A stretch of 64,000 bases of DNA, from NCBI GenBank assembly GCA_900550415.1, contig URSO01000002.1, positions 3,657-67,656 of the forward strand. The letters are read 5' to 3'. The notes beneath the pieces were generated by a model, which saw nothing but the letters and a program-made list of their open reading frames with translations, was not told the DNA's origin and searched no databases. Position 1 is the first letter of the stretch, and every line of letters starts with the position of its first letter. The DNA is from an uncultured Collinsella sp. Lineage in GTDB: Bacteria; Actinomycetota; Coriobacteriia; Coriobacteriales; Coriobacteriaceae. Below, in pieces: positions 10,766 to 22,282 of this stretch. The translations under genes were made by a program, and so were the position numbers.

Positions 10766-11719
10766 GTGATTGTCGAACAGTCCAACAGCATCATCAATGA
10801 AGTGAGCCGCGCCCTGCTGGGCAAGCGCGATGTGATCGAGAAAGCTCTCATGGCCATCTATGCCGGCGGCCACATCCTGCTGGAGGATGTGCCCGGTACC
10901 GGCAAGACGACGCTGGCCCTGGCGCTTTCGCGTGCACTGGGTCTGGACTTTAAGCGCGTGCAATTTACGCCCGATACGCTGCCCTCGGACATTACGGGCT
11001 TTACGATGTTCGACCGCGACGCCGGCGTGTTTCGCTTTGTGTGGGGCGCCGTCAACTGCAACATGCTGCTGGGCGACGAGATCAACCGTACCAGCGCAAA
11101 GACGCAGTCGGCCCTGCTCGAGGTTATGGAAGAACGCGCGGTGACGATTGATGGGCAGACGCATCAGGTCCCGCGTCCCTTTGTGTGTATCGCAACCGAG
11201 AACCCGGTGGGCTCGGCGGGCACTCAGCCGCTGCCCGATAGCCAGCTCGACCGCTTTATGGTTCGCCTGTCCGTTGGCTATCCGTCGCGCCAGGACCAGA
11301 TCGATATCCTCAAGGCCCGTCGCTATGCCAACCCGCTCGACGACATCAAGCCCATGGTTGCCTGCGATGACCTGCTCGATATCCAAAACTACCTGGGCAA
11401 TGTACAGGTTGCCGACACGGTGCTGGATTATATCGTGCGCCTGTGCGAGGAGACCCGCAATGACGACCTTGTTGAGCTGGGCGTGAGTCCCCGTGGCATC
11501 ATCGCGCTCACTCGCATGGCGCGCGCCTGCGCATTGATTCGCGAGCGCGACTATGTGGTGCCCGAGGACGTGCGCGAGGTGTTTAAGGTCGTCTGCATCC
11601 ACCGTCTCGTTTTGCGCCCCCAGGCCCGTATCGAATCGATTACCGCCGAGGACGTTCTCGATCGCATCCTCGCCACCGTTCCCGCCCCGTCTATGGGCCA
11701 GGCTCGCGGCCGCTCGTAG
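10766..11719 (+). CDS. MoxR family AAA+ ATPase
   Basis: GHILLEDVPGTGKT, QFTPD.LPSD, DEINR..AKTQSALLE, QLDRF. Confidence 0.95.
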   Translation: MIVEQSNSIINEVSRALLGKRDVIEKALMAIYAGGHILLEDVPGTGKTTLALALSRALGLDFKRVQFTPDTLPSDITGFTMFDRDAGVFRFVWGAVNCNMLLGDEINRTSAKTQSALLEVMEERAVTIDGQTHQVPRPFVCIATENPVGSAGTQPLPDSQLDRFMVRLSVGYPSRQDQIDILKARRYANPLDDIKPMVACDDLLDIQNYLGNVQVADTVLDYIVRLCEETRNDDLVELGVSPRGIIALTRMARACALIRERDYVVPEDVREVFKVVCIHRLVLRPQARIESITAEDVLDRILATVPAPSMGQARGRS

Positions 11720-11754
11720 CGGCTCGTTTGCCTTGTGCGCCCTACGCTACGCCC

Positions 11755-12927
11755 ATGATTGCCAACAAGATTACCTATATCGTGTCCGTCGCGCTCCTGC
11801 TCGCCACGTTTGTGTTTACCGCCAATGCGGCCGCGCTCGCTGCTGCCGCGGCGTTGATCGCCATGCCCGTGATTACGGTGGCGGCGTGCCGTTCGAGCGT
11901 TGCCCTGCTCAAGCTTAGCTTTGAGCTTCCCCGGTCGTGTGTTGTCAACGCGCCTCTTGTATTGCGCATCACACTGGATCGCCCGCTTATATTTCGCGGT
12001 CGTATGGAGCTGTCGTTTTCGGTTTATAACCAGCTGACGGGAGCGCGGACAGTCTATCCCGTAAGTCTTGCCCCCGCGACGGGCAGGCCTGCTCTGTTTG
12101 AGCTGGAGCTCGATTCGACCGTCTGCGGTGCGCACACGATTACCCTTGACACCGCGCGCCTGGTCGATGAGATGGGCTTTACGTCGCTTGCTCTCGAGAA
12201 TGCAGACTTTCATGGGTTGTTTACGGTCTATCCCGAGGTGCTCGACATCCAGGTTGTTCCTAACCAAAGTGCTTCTGCCGGTCTTGAGGGCACGAGCTAC
12301 GACCCCCATCGAAGCGGCCAAGATGCCTCCGAGGTCTTTGACATAAGGCCCTATCACGAGGGTGATGCCGTTAAGTCGATTCACTGGAAGCTGTCGACGC
12401 GTTTTGACGACATGCTGGTGCGCGAGGCTTCGCGCCCACAAGACCACGCTATTGCCATCTTGTTTGGTGCGTTTGCGTGCGACTTTGAGCACGCAAGCCA
12501 CGCTGAGGTTCTTTCTGCGGTGCTGGGTTTTACCGCATCGATATCGCTGGCGCTTATGCGTCAGGGATACCATCATGTGGTCGTGGCTGCCCCCGAAGGC
12601 TCTTTGGCTGTCTATCCCGTTGATGACCGACGTGGGTTCAATAGGATGCTTGATGCTTTGACGGCAACGCCGCTCGGCCCTGCCTATCCAACATCGCACG
12701 AGCACTATGCCAAGCTCGTGGCAGCAAAGGGCATTGGCAAAACGGTGCTGGTAACGGTGGGCGTCGATGAACAGGCCTATATCGAGATAGGCCGTCTGAC
12801 CGATCTATCGGTACTCCATGTGTCGGATTCGGTCGAGTCGTATAGCATCGAGCACGGAGCCAACTACATCATCACGCATTGCCCGGTATCGAGTGATTCG
12901 GCCCGTATCAAGAGTCTGGAGCTCTAA
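11755..12927 (+). CDS. DUF58 domain protein
   Basis: IRPY.EGD.VKSIHWKLS.R...MLVRE motif; directly follows MoxR. Confidence 0.88.
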   Translation: MIANKITYIVSVALLLATFVFTANAAALAAAAALIAMPVITVAACRSSVALLKLSFELPRSCVVNAPLVLRITLDRPLIFRGRMELSFSVYNQLTGARTVYPVSLAPATGRPALFELELDSTVCGAHTITLDTARLVDEMGFTSLALENADFHGLFTVYPEVLDIQVVPNQSASAGLEGTSYDPHRSGQDASEVFDIRPYHEGDAVKSIHWKLSTRFDDMLVREASRPQDHAIAILFGAFACDFEHASHAEVLSAVLGFTASISLALMRQGYHHVVVAAPEGSLAVYPVDDRRGFNRMLDALTATPLGPAYPTSHEHYAKLVAAKGIGKTVLVTVGVDEQAYIEIGRLTDLSVLHVSDSVESYSIEHGANYIITHCPVSSDSARIKSLEL

Positions 12928-12928
12928 G

Positions 12929-15241
12929 ATGAACTTTGTGACTCTTACCTCGACGGAGCGCATCGCTTCGAATGGTCGCGTTGTTGCTATGTTCCTGTCG
13001 GTGGCTCCCGCGGTTTTATTGTCTGCGGGCTTCTGCTGCACAATTGCTCGGTGCCTGAGTGCAACGTACATGGGGATAATGCTGGCCGTTGCCGTTGGCG
13101 TGGCCGTTGCGCTGGGCGCTTTGGGCGTTTTGATGGCTTCGAAAAAGGCTCCCCTCTGGATTGCCTTGGCTGCGGCGTCCGTAGCGCTTTTATGCGCGCT
13201 CTTGATTCCTTCGGCACGCTGGGGCTTCTATGCGTGCGTCAATACCGTTATCGCTCGCGTCAACTCGATCTGTGAACTGTATATTCCATTGGTGGCAGAC
13301 GCCGGTCTGCTGTGTGAAGCCGTGTCGCTGGCAGTGCTCGCCGGCATGTTTGCCGGCTCACTCGCCTGGCTTTTTGCCAACTTGAGCGTTTCGTGGCCCA
13401 CGCTCTTAATCATCGTTATCTGCGGCTCGGCTTCCATGGCGCTGCAGCTTGGTGATTCTGCGATATCTATGACACTGGGCGTTGCGGGCTGGCTTGTCCA
13501 GTGCCGTGCTGGCGAGTTGCGGGGCTCTACGGTAGGTTTGCCCCAGGTTCTATTTGGTCTTGGCGGCCTGTGCGTTGCATGCGGCGTTCTCTTTGCACTG
13601 ACCGTTGCCCTTGTACAACCTCTTCCCGCGTTGTCCGCCCTGTCGGCGTCTGCCGTCAGAGCAGTCCAGGGCGTTCGATTTGGGGACGATTCGCTGCCCG
13701 AGGGCGACCTTTCGCAAGCGGCGGACATGAACGAAGGCGAGTCCACGACGCTGTCGCTTGGCGCCAGCAAGACGCTCGGCGACGACCTGCTCATGAAGGG
13801 TTTTGTGGGCACGACGTTTGATGGCATGTCTTGGGGGCGCGGCGACTGGATGTCCTACGAGGGCGAATGGTCCGGCATGCGTGAATGGCTGCGTCAGAAC
13901 GGTTTGACGGTAGCCGAGCAACGCGCCGCGTTTGATACCGAGACCGAGCGTGAGGGCGGCGAGCCTGTCGAGGCGGTTGAGATTTCAGTCAATGCCTCGG
14001 GCGCCAACCGCAGATACACCTATGCTCCCTATACGCTGCGCTCGCAGAGCGGTGCCGACGCAATGTTGACGGGCTCGACGATGCTAAGCATGGACCTTTT
14101 GCCGTCCAAAACATACAGTGTGACCGTCGATAACGTGCCATCAGATGACGTCATTGCAGATTCGAGCTGGCTGGCGTCCTCCAAGAGCGACTATGCAAAA
14201 AGCGAGCGGGTGTACGCCGCTTTTGTTCGCGATAAGTACCTGGACCTTCCCGAAGAGGAGCGGGATGCCGTTAATACATACCTGTTCTCGAGCGACAGCT
14301 GGGATGCTGGGGCGAATGTTTCGGATACAGCCGTGATCAGTCGCGTGCGCACGATGTTGGCTTCGCTTGCGGGGCAGACGGATAACCCGCCAACCTATAC
14401 GGGGGCGACGTCGTTTGTCGCGTGGTTCTTGGGCACGGCGCACGAGGGCAACTCTGCCTACTTTGCCACGGCGGCGACGCTCGCGTTTCGATCTCAGGGA
14501 ATTCCCGCGCGCTATGTCGAGGGCTATCAGGCAGCAGATGATCAGCTGGCCGCTGCTGTTGGGGCAGGCGTGGCGCTCAACTTGACGGCTGCCGATGCGC
14601 ACGCGTGGACCGAGATCTACCTTGACGGTCAGGGATGGACGCCCGTGGAGGTCACCCCTGGATACTATAGCCAGACGCTCGATGCCGATAAGATTATCGA
14701 TGTGGGCGAGGCATGGAGCAACGGCGCCAACGATAAGACGCTCGATGCGGGCTCGGTCGCAGGACAGGCCGAGGATAAGCATCGCGAGGATGTGCCGGCA
14801 ATGTATAACATCCCCGTTGTGGCCAAAGTTGGGGTCGGTTTGATCGGCGCGGTGATTGCCGTCCTGCTCGCCCTGTTCATTCGCAGGTTTGTCTTGCGCG
14901 TTCGACGCAAGCGGGCTATCGAGAGCGATGAGCAGAATATATGCGTGCCGGCGCTCTACGGCTATCTTGCCCTTGTGATGAACCAAAGCGGTCTCGACGC
15001 CTTTGACGAGACCAAGCCGCTCGATTGCCTGGACACCTTTGCCGCGGTGTTCCCCCAGATCGACCCGTGGGAATACCGCCGAGCGATTCAACTCCATCAA
15101 GCCTATGCGTTTGGTGGGCGCCAGCTTAAGCCAAACGAGTTGCGCACGCTCCGTCGTTTTACCGAACGCCTGCATCGGAGCATGCCGGTTCCGCAAACTG
15201 TTATTGAACGCTTCCGCCGCTACATGCTGCACGCGTTGTAG
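12929..15241 (+). CDS. Membrane-anchored transglutaminase-like protein
   Basis: N-terminal TM bundle; GIPARYVEGY, DAHAWTEIY, GWTPVEVTPG; Ser (GNSAYF) at the usual Cys position. Confidence 0.85.
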   Translation: MNFVTLTSTERIASNGRVVAMFLSVAPAVLLSAGFCCTIARCLSATYMGIMLAVAVGVAVALGALGVLMASKKAPLWIALAAASVALLCALLIPSARWGFYACVNTVIARVNSICELYIPLVADAGLLCEAVSLAVLAGMFAGSLAWLFANLSVSWPTLLIIVICGSASMALQLGDSAISMTLGVAGWLVQCRAGELRGSTVGLPQVLFGLGGLCVACGVLFALTVALVQPLPALSALSASAVRAVQGVRFGDDSLPEGDLSQAADMNEGESTTLSLGASKTLGDDLLMKGFVGTTFDGMSWGRGDWMSYEGEWSGMREWLRQNGLTVAEQRAAFDTETEREGGEPVEAVEISVNASGANRRYTYAPYTLRSQSGADAMLTGSTMLSMDLLPSKTYSVTVDNVPSDDVIADSSWLASSKSDYAKSERVYAAFVRDKYLDLPEEERDAVNTYLFSSDSWDAGANVSDTAVISRVRTMLASLAGQTDNPPTYTGATSFVAWFLGTAHEGNSAYFATAATLAFRSQGIPARYVEGYQAADDQLAAAVGAGVALNLTAADAHAWTEIYLDGQGWTPVEVTPGYYSQTLDADKIIDVGEAWSNGANDKTLDAGSVAGQAEDKHREDVPAMYNIPVVAKVGVGLIGAVIAVLLALFIRRFVLRVRRKRAIESDEQNICVPALYGYLALVMNQSGLDAFDETKPLDCLDTFAAVFPQIDPWEYRRAIQLHQAYAFGGRQLKPNELRTLRRFTERLHRSMPVPQTVIERFRRYMLHAL

Positions 15242-15256
15242 AGGGAGTAGGTCTAC

Positions 15257-18200
15257 GTGTTTTCTAAATATCCTCAACATATGGCTTCGCACAAGAACGC
15301 GGCGTCGGCCAAATTAAAAGGCCCGCGGAATGCGTCCGCGGGCGTTCAGCATGCCGCTAAAAATATGTATCGCGCCAAGCCTTTGGCTGTAACGCGCGTT
15401 GTGGCAGCGGCGGTTTCGGTTGCTGCGGTCGGCGTATTTGGCGCGGTCGCCTTTGAGTTGGCTCAGAGTAATCTGAGCTTCGATCCTTCGGGGTATATCG
15501 CTGCATACAGTCACGGTGACGCGGAGTCCGGCGAGGCGTATCGGATCAGTCCGCTCTCGACGGATGCCGAGGCAAATCGTCATGACGAGGATAGCGACAG
15601 CCGGGACACGAGCGCACGTGAGCAGCAGGCGCGGCTCGATAATGCGCAGGGACAGGTAAATCTGACGGGGCAAAGCGGCACGACCGCCTACAACGTTACC
15701 GGCAGCGCCGATGGAACGGGCGTAGGAGTTGCGGGTGGTTCGGGCAGCGGCGCGGGCGGCACTGGCGGCTCGGGAGGCGGGCAAAACGTTCCCGTTATCA
15801 ATGCGGGCGGAGCATCTGGCGGCAATGCCGGCGGCGGTGCGGGCGGAAACGGTTCGGGCGGTAACGGCGGTAGTGGCGGCTCGGCCACCTCGACGGCCAA
15901 TTCCTACAAGTATCTTCTTGCGGACCCCGCGCCCCAAAAGGGTGCCCCCATGGGAGACGCAACGTTCTTTACGCAGTTTAACGGTGCAAATGGATTGATC
16001 GATCCCCATGAGGTGCAGATTTCACCCATGGAGGATGCAATCTACGATGGGCAGATGCTCGACGCCTGGACGCTGTTCTGCGCCATGGATGTCCACTGGA
16101 GTGACGACAAGGGCCTCTACTATCTTGCCTGCACCAAGGACGAGTTCGCCTCGTTTCCGTATCTCCGCATCGACTCGTGGACCAATGCCGCGGGCGAGAA
16201 GAATCCGGCGCTGTGCTCGAGCCAGCCGCTCACGGTAAGCGTCTCGCTGCGCTTGTCGCAGGATACGGCGTGGACGACGCGTAACGTTACCATCCAACCG
16301 GCGCGGTCGCGCCTGTTTGTGGTCGGCCAGCCCGATTCGATGGGCCAGCGAAGCGTGATTTGGAGCACGCTGAGCTCCAAGGAGAACCTGCTGGGTGTCA
16401 ACACACAAGAAGCCTTTATGAAGCAGGCGGGCCATGTCGATTCGGGGGGGCTACCTCAATGCCTTGTTGCTGGGGTGGCGCGAGAACGAGGCGGCCGTCC
16501 CGTATTTCTACACGCTGACACCCGGTCGCCATGTGGTGGTTCCCGGCGACATCGTGTCCATCGACCCCGCCTACAAGGTGCGTTTTCAGGGTTATGCTCT
16601 CGACGAGGACTATCGCTTTGACGACGACCCTACCAGCCTCAATAACTCACGCCTGCAGACGCTTGTCGATGTGGATGAGTCGGTCGTGTCGGTCGATGGC
16701 GGGGGCGAGACGCTCAGCGTTCCGCAGGGTGTGCAGGCGGTCGACGCCTATACCGACAGTCGTCAGCGTGAAGTCTTTACGTGGCGGATCAACAATCTAG
16801 AGCTACCGTCCTCGGTGTACTACGTCAACGTCAATGCGGGCTTTCAAGTGCTCGATGCCTACCGTGTCGCGTCGGATAACCCCGTCTATGCCGCAACGGA
16901 TGAGGGTATCTTGACCTCTCGCGATGGCAAGGAGTATCTGGGCGTTCCCTACCATACGCGCGAGCTCGATGTTCCCGCCGATATTGCCCATGTCGTCATT
17001 CCCGATCGCAATAAGCTCGATCGTATTGTTCTGCACGCGTCCAAAGAGGGCGAGTTGCCCCAGATTGACGTGAGCAATCTGCAGGACTGCACCCTGGTCG
17101 TCGACGATGCCGCGCTGCTCGATTTTATTACCGAGCACGCGGACGAACTAGAGAATGCCTACGGCGTATACGTGTCGCCCGCGACCAACCCCAGTGTCCA
17201 GCTCACGTACTCACAGGGGCTGGTGTACAACATTAATTCGCAGCTCGAAAGCGACCTGTGCTATGTGCTCGATACGGGTTCCAATATTGCCCTGGTGCAG
17301 ATTTCCAACACCATCAAGAAGGGTGCCTTTGCGGGCAACACTTCGGTGGACACGCTGGTACTCATGCCGTGGTTTGACGATAAGGTGACGCTCGAGGACG
17401 GCAGTCTTGAGGGCGGTTCCGTGCGGACCATCGTGTGCGCAACCGATGAGCAGGTCGCGTATGTCGAACAGCGCAAGGCTGCCGCCGGTGCACCCGATGC
17501 GCGCGTGATTAAGATGAGCCTGTCTCAAGACGGATACTTGTATTATGCCAACGCCGACAAGACGATTTTGCTGTCCGCTGCAGGCGATGAGGATGGCAAC
17601 CTGTCCGCGACCTTTGACGGCACCTTGCTTGCGGATGGCGGCAAGCAGCTCCAAGTAGATTCCATCGCACCGTATGCTTTCTCGGGCGATGCGGAGCTCA
17701 GGTTTGTCAATCTGGGCGAGAAGACGAGTGCCATCGGCCGTAACGCGTTTGAGAACTGCCAAAACCTTCAAGGTGTGTTTATCGGCACGCCCGATAGCAT
17801 TGAGGTGGGTGCCGATGTCTTTAAGGGCTGCACGGGCCTGGGCTTTGTGGCGTCGAGTGCTAAAAAGGCTGTCTTTGCCACGACCGAGAATCCCAATCCG
17901 GCCGGCTGCACCTGGTATGCGCCCGATGGCGAGCTGCAGGGCTACGACAGCCGCTTTGTCACTGTCGACGGCATTTACGATTTTGCTTGCGATGCCCAAA
18001 GCGACGACGCGCCCCTTCTCTACGGCTATTACGATGGCGACGAGGAAGGCAAGCCAAGCATCCTGCTCGGTGCGCCCTCGATGCTCAACGGTACGATTGA
18101 GCTGCTGCCGAGTACGATTGAGATCTTTGGCGGCTATTCCTTGTCTGGCGCCAAGGACCTGCCTGGTGCCTTTGAGGGGACCGGAGGCGCGTGGGGTGTC

Positions 18201-19505
18201 GATTGGGCTTCGGCTCCCAAGCTGGCATATATCGATCGCTATGCCTTCAGGAATTCCGGCATCGCCGGCGATCTGAACATCGATCTTCCCGATAACGATA
18301 TCTACGTCGGCGTGTCGGCGTTCGAAGGCTGTACGAATCTTGTCTCGGCGTCTGTGCACGCGGCAACGATCGAAATCAGCGATCAGGCATTCATGGGCTG
18401 CCCGAGGCTCGCGAGTGCATCGTTTGTGGCGGATACCAATGGCGACTACGACGCAGCTACGGGTGCGGGCTCTCGAAACTACCTGGCATCATCGGTGTTT
18501 GGCAACGATGCCAACTTTACGAACTTGACGGTCGGCGCCGGTATCGCGACGCTGGGCTATCCGTCGCCAGGCGTGGGCTTCTTCTTGGACGGCGCAACCG
18601 ATGTCCAAGAGGAGGCCAGCCGCATTCGCCTGTCGGTGCCCAGTGGCATGGAGCAGGACTATCTCAATGCATGGGTCTACGGACTCATTGGCTACGACGA
18701 CTACGACACGTATTATGGCGTTGTGGAATTTGGCATGCTCTCCGATTGGTTTATGGGGGAGGGCCCGGAGCCGACGGCCGATGCGGTTAGGGCGCAGATG
18801 GCTCAGAACCTATTGGAGCCCGAGAATCGCCTGCGAACCATGATGGGGCTGCCGCTGGTCGAGGCCTCTACGGTAATACAGGCGGGTGGCGATGCGGCCG
18901 AGAGCCATGAATGGGAGATAGAGGACAACGGTGACGGTACTGCCGCGCTGGTCTCGGCGCCGTCTGATATCGAACGGGCCGATTTAGCGAGTGTGTTGAC
19001 GGAGCCAACCGTAATCGACTCGAACGCCTTCTCGCACTGTTCGAACCTCACCGAGATTGCACTGTGCGATAAGGTGGTCGGCATCCAGAGCGGTGCGTTT
19101 GCGGGCTGCAGCGGCGTGACGGTGACGCTGCCTACTGGCTGTCCGCTGCCGGAGTTGCTGGGCGGGATGGAGAGCATGCCGTTCTCGTTTGGCGGCAACG
19201 TAGTGCTCGATATCGCCGAGGCCGATCGCGAGCCGCTGCTCAAGACGTGGTCTCGTCAGATGGTGGGGGTTGCCACAGACGACGAGGAGGCCGACTACGT
19301 TGAGAGCAAGTGGTTCGGCAACGTCAACATGGATACGTTTGAGTCGCCGACGTTCGATGTGCTCAATAAGGCCGTAAATGAGCCCATCATGGAGTGCGAG
19401 AATCGCTTGCGCTCGCTGATGGGCATGGAGGCCATAAGCGATATCGGCGAGCTCGGCGACCCCATTGATATCAATAAGTATCCGCAATATTGGATCGCCG
19501 GCTAG
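15257..19505 (+). pseudogene. Large surface protein with BspA-type leucine-rich repeats, split by a +1 frameshift at G7 (16444-16450)
   Basis: ORFs 15257..16621 and 16434..19505 join as ...HVDSGG/YLNALL if one G is removed (1415 aa); N-terminal TM, Gly-rich linker, IG..AF..C..L repeats. Confidence 0.8.
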
Positions 19506-19510
19506 GCAGG

Positions 19511-20239
19511 TTATGAAGCGAGGCAGCCCCAGTCGATGGGGCTGCTGCCGTTTTGCTCGAGCAATTCATTGGCTGCCGAGAAGGGACGCGACCCCATAAA
19601 AGCGGGGAGTTCTGCCGTGGCACGGTTGGCCGAAAGCGGCGAGGGGTGCGTGGAGGCAAGGCAGAACTTGCCGCCCGCCTTGCCCGCGCCGGTCGCGGCG
19701 AGCTTGCCCTCGACCATCTGCTGGGCAAAGCGGCCCCATGCCAAAAAGACGACCGGCTGGGGCAGCTGACAGCAGCGTTCGATAACGTAGTCGGTGAGCG
19801 TGCTCCAGCCCAGCTTGGCGTGCGAGTTCGCGGCATGTTCGCGCACGGTGAGCGTCGTGTTGAGAAGCAGGACGCCCTGTTGTGCCCAGGGGGTTAGGTC
19901 TCCCGTGGCGGGAATGGGGCAGCCCAGATCGGCGTTGAGTTCCTTATAGATGTTGCGCAGGCTCGGCGGCAACTTGGTTTGCGTCGCAGGCACCGAGAAC
20001 GACAGCCCCATGGCCTGGTTGGGCCCGTGATAGGGGTCTTGGCCCAGGATGACTACCTTGACCAGGTCGGCCGGCGTGTAGGCGAGGGCATTGAGGATGT
20101 CGTCTTGTGCCGGATAGATGGTCTGCTCGGCACGCAGAAGGGCGATGCGCTCGAGTAGCTGGTTCGTAGTGTCACGTACCGGCTGCGGCGCATCGCCCAA
20201 CCAAGTTGCTATGTTGCGGTCGCGAGTTGCAGCGTCCAT
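19511..20239 (-). CDS. ung: Uracil-DNA glycosylase family 1
   Basis: GQDPYH, PPSLRNI, QGVLLLN and HPSPLS motifs. Confidence 0.97.
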   Translation of the reverse strand: MDAATRDRNIATWLGDAPQPVRDTTNQLLERIALLRAEQTIYPAQDDILNALAYTPADLVKVVILGQDPYHGPNQAMGLSFSVPATQTKLPPSLRNIYKELNADLGCPIPATGDLTPWAQQGVLLLNTTLTVREHAANSHAKLGWSTLTDYVIERCCQLPQPVVFLAWGRFAQQMVEGKLAATGAGKAGGKFCLASTHPSPLSANRATAELPAFMGSRPFSAANELLEQNGSSPIDWGCLAS

Positions 20240-20325
20240 GGAACTCCTTTAGGGCAGATGCTTTGTCGGCATCTATTGTAAAGGCGTCAGAGACCTTTAT
20301 GCCGCGGCTGTATGAGGAGTGGGGT

Positions 20326-21228
20326 CTACGAGACGTGCTCGGGCGCTGCCGCCATATGAGCATGCCCATGTGCGCGAAGGCGCGGAAGCTCGACAGTTGC
20401 CACCATGACGCCGGTGAGGATGAGGGCAGCGCCAAGGAAGGCGATAGGGCTCAGGACCTCGCCGACCAGGAAAAACGAGAAGACGGCGGAGCAGACCGGC
20501 TCGAGCGAGAAGGCGAAGCCAGTGGTTTCGGCAGGTACGTGGGGCTGCACGAGCGTCTGGGTGATAAAGCCGTAGGCAGAGCAGATGAGTGCGAGTGCAA
20601 CGATAACGACGATCTCGCTCGGCGTGCTGGGAAGCGTGAAGCCGCCAAAGGTAAATGCGGCGATACCCGAGAACAAGCCGCCGAAGCCCAGCTGCCAAAC
20701 GCCCAGAGCCAGCGGATCGACTTCTTCGACAAAGCGCTTGGCGATGATAAGGTGGCCGGCATAGATAAAGGCCGAGAGCAGCATGATGATCGCGCCGGGA
20801 TTCAGGCTGGTAAAGTCGGCGCCCGAGAGCAGCAACATGCCGCAGGTGACGATGCCGGTGCCGATGAGCACCTTGCGCTCGGGAGCGCGACGCAGCAGGG
20901 CCGCGTTGGCAAACGGCACGATTACGACCGTCAGGCTCTGCAAAAAGCCGGCGGTGGAGGCGGAGGTGAGGCTGGAGCCCAGGCACATGCAGGTGATCTC
21001 GGTTGCCATGATGGCGCCGATGATGGCGGCGCGGACCATCAGGTCACGGTTGATGCGCACCGCGTGCTTGTGGAAGAGCAGCAGGCAGGCCGCAAAGGCG
21101 ATGATGCAGCGCAGCGCGACGATGCTCGTGGCGTTCATGCTGTCCATGCCGATCTTCATGAGGGGGTACGAAAAGCCCCATGCGACGGGAACGGAAAATG
21201 AGAGCGCGATTGCTTTTTTGCGATCCAT
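20326..21228 (-). CDS. DMT/EamA family transporter
   Basis: About ten TM helices in two EamA repeats; WG.S and LEPV motifs. Confidence 0.85.
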   Translation of the reverse strand: MDRKKAIALSFSVPVAWGFSYPLMKIGMDSMNATSIVALRCIIAFAACLLLFHKHAVRINRDLMVRAAIIGAIMATEITCMCLGSSLTSASTAGFLQSLTVVIVPFANAALLRRAPERKVLIGTGIVTCGMLLLSGADFTSLNPGAIIMLLSAFIYAGHLIIAKRFVEEVDPLALGVWQLGFGGLFSGIAAFTFGGFTLPSTPSEIVVIVALALICSAYGFITQTLVQPHVPAETTGFAFSLEPVCSAVFSFFLVGEVLSPIAFLGAALILTGVMVATVELPRLRAHGHAHMAAAPEHVS

Positions 21229-21386
21229 GGGACTCCTTTTGTTACAGAACGGTTTCGCAAAAAGGATTCTGCTCCCAGATATGGATGTAGTAAAGCGAAT
21301 GTATCTTCAGTATGATTAAGAAATACTAATGTTGGAAGAAAAAGCCCTGGCAAAACGTTTTACGGCTACATCGATGTGGAGGCACG

Positions 21387-22253
21387 ATGGCATCGCGGTA
21401 TCAGATTGTATGTATGGTGGTCGATTGCGGCAGCCTGAAACGTGCCGCCGACGAGCTGGGCTATACGCAAAGTGCGGTGAGCCAGGCCGTCAAGGCGCTC
21501 GAGCGCGAGCTGGGCACCACGATTATCGAGCGTGGCAAGCAGGGCGTCTCACTGACGCGCGACGGCAAACAGTATCTGCCGTATCTGCGCCAGATCGTTA
21601 CAGCCGAGGCCGAGCTTGAGGGCAAGCGTCAGGAGTTGCTGGGGCTTTCGTCGACCGACATTCGCATTGCGACGTTTACCAACGTGAGTCGTACTGTGTT
21701 GCCGCGTGTGATCCGCGACTTTGGGGCCCTGCATCCGGGCGTGCGCTTTACCCTCAAGCAGGGCGATTACACGCGCAATGCCCAGTGGGTGCACGATGGC
21801 GTGGTCGACTTTTGCTTTACAGCGCGTGGATTTACCGAGGGGCTCGAGAAACGCGTGGTCTATCACGACGAGCTGGTGGCGCTGTTGCCAGCCGTCCATC
21901 CACTGGCGGCAAAGGAAAAGGTGACGCTTGCCGACCTGGCGTCCGAACCTTTTGTGCTGCTGGATGAGGGCGAACAGAGTCTGGTGCTCGATGCGTTTGC
22001 CGCGCACGGGCTATCGCCGCATGTGACGAGTGAGGTCACCGATGACTACACCATTATGGCGATGGTGGAGGAGGGCCTCGGTGTGAGCATGCTCTACCGC
22101 CGTACCGTCGAGGGCATGCGGGCCGATATTTGTGTGCGCCCCATCGTGCATGCTCCCTCGCGCGACGTCGTGGCGGCTTGGCGCAGCTGGGACACCATGC
22201 CGATCGCCACGAGGCGCTTTATCGACTACATGAGCTCGCATATCGTGAGCTAG
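21387..22253 (+). CDS. LysR family regulator, divergent from the DMT gene
   Basis: AADELGYTQSAVSQAVK.LE.ELG HTH and a substrate-binding domain. Confidence 0.93.
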   Translation: MASRYQIVCMVVDCGSLKRAADELGYTQSAVSQAVKALERELGTTIIERGKQGVSLTRDGKQYLPYLRQIVTAEAELEGKRQELLGLSSTDIRIATFTNVSRTVLPRVIRDFGALHPGVRFTLKQGDYTRNAQWVHDGVVDFCFTARGFTEGLEKRVVYHDELVALLPAVHPLAAKEKVTLADLASEPFVLLDEGEQSLVLDAFAAHGLSPHVTSEVTDDYTIMAMVEEGLGVSMLYRRTVEGMRADICVRPIVHAPSRDVVAAWRSWDTMPIATRRFIDYMSSHIVS

Positions 22254-22282
22254 TTGCCGATGCGCCACCTTGTTGGATGTGT

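Noticed and set aside
15720..15890. GGC-rich low-complexity repeat
   Set aside because: Explained by the Gly/Ser linker of the surface protein
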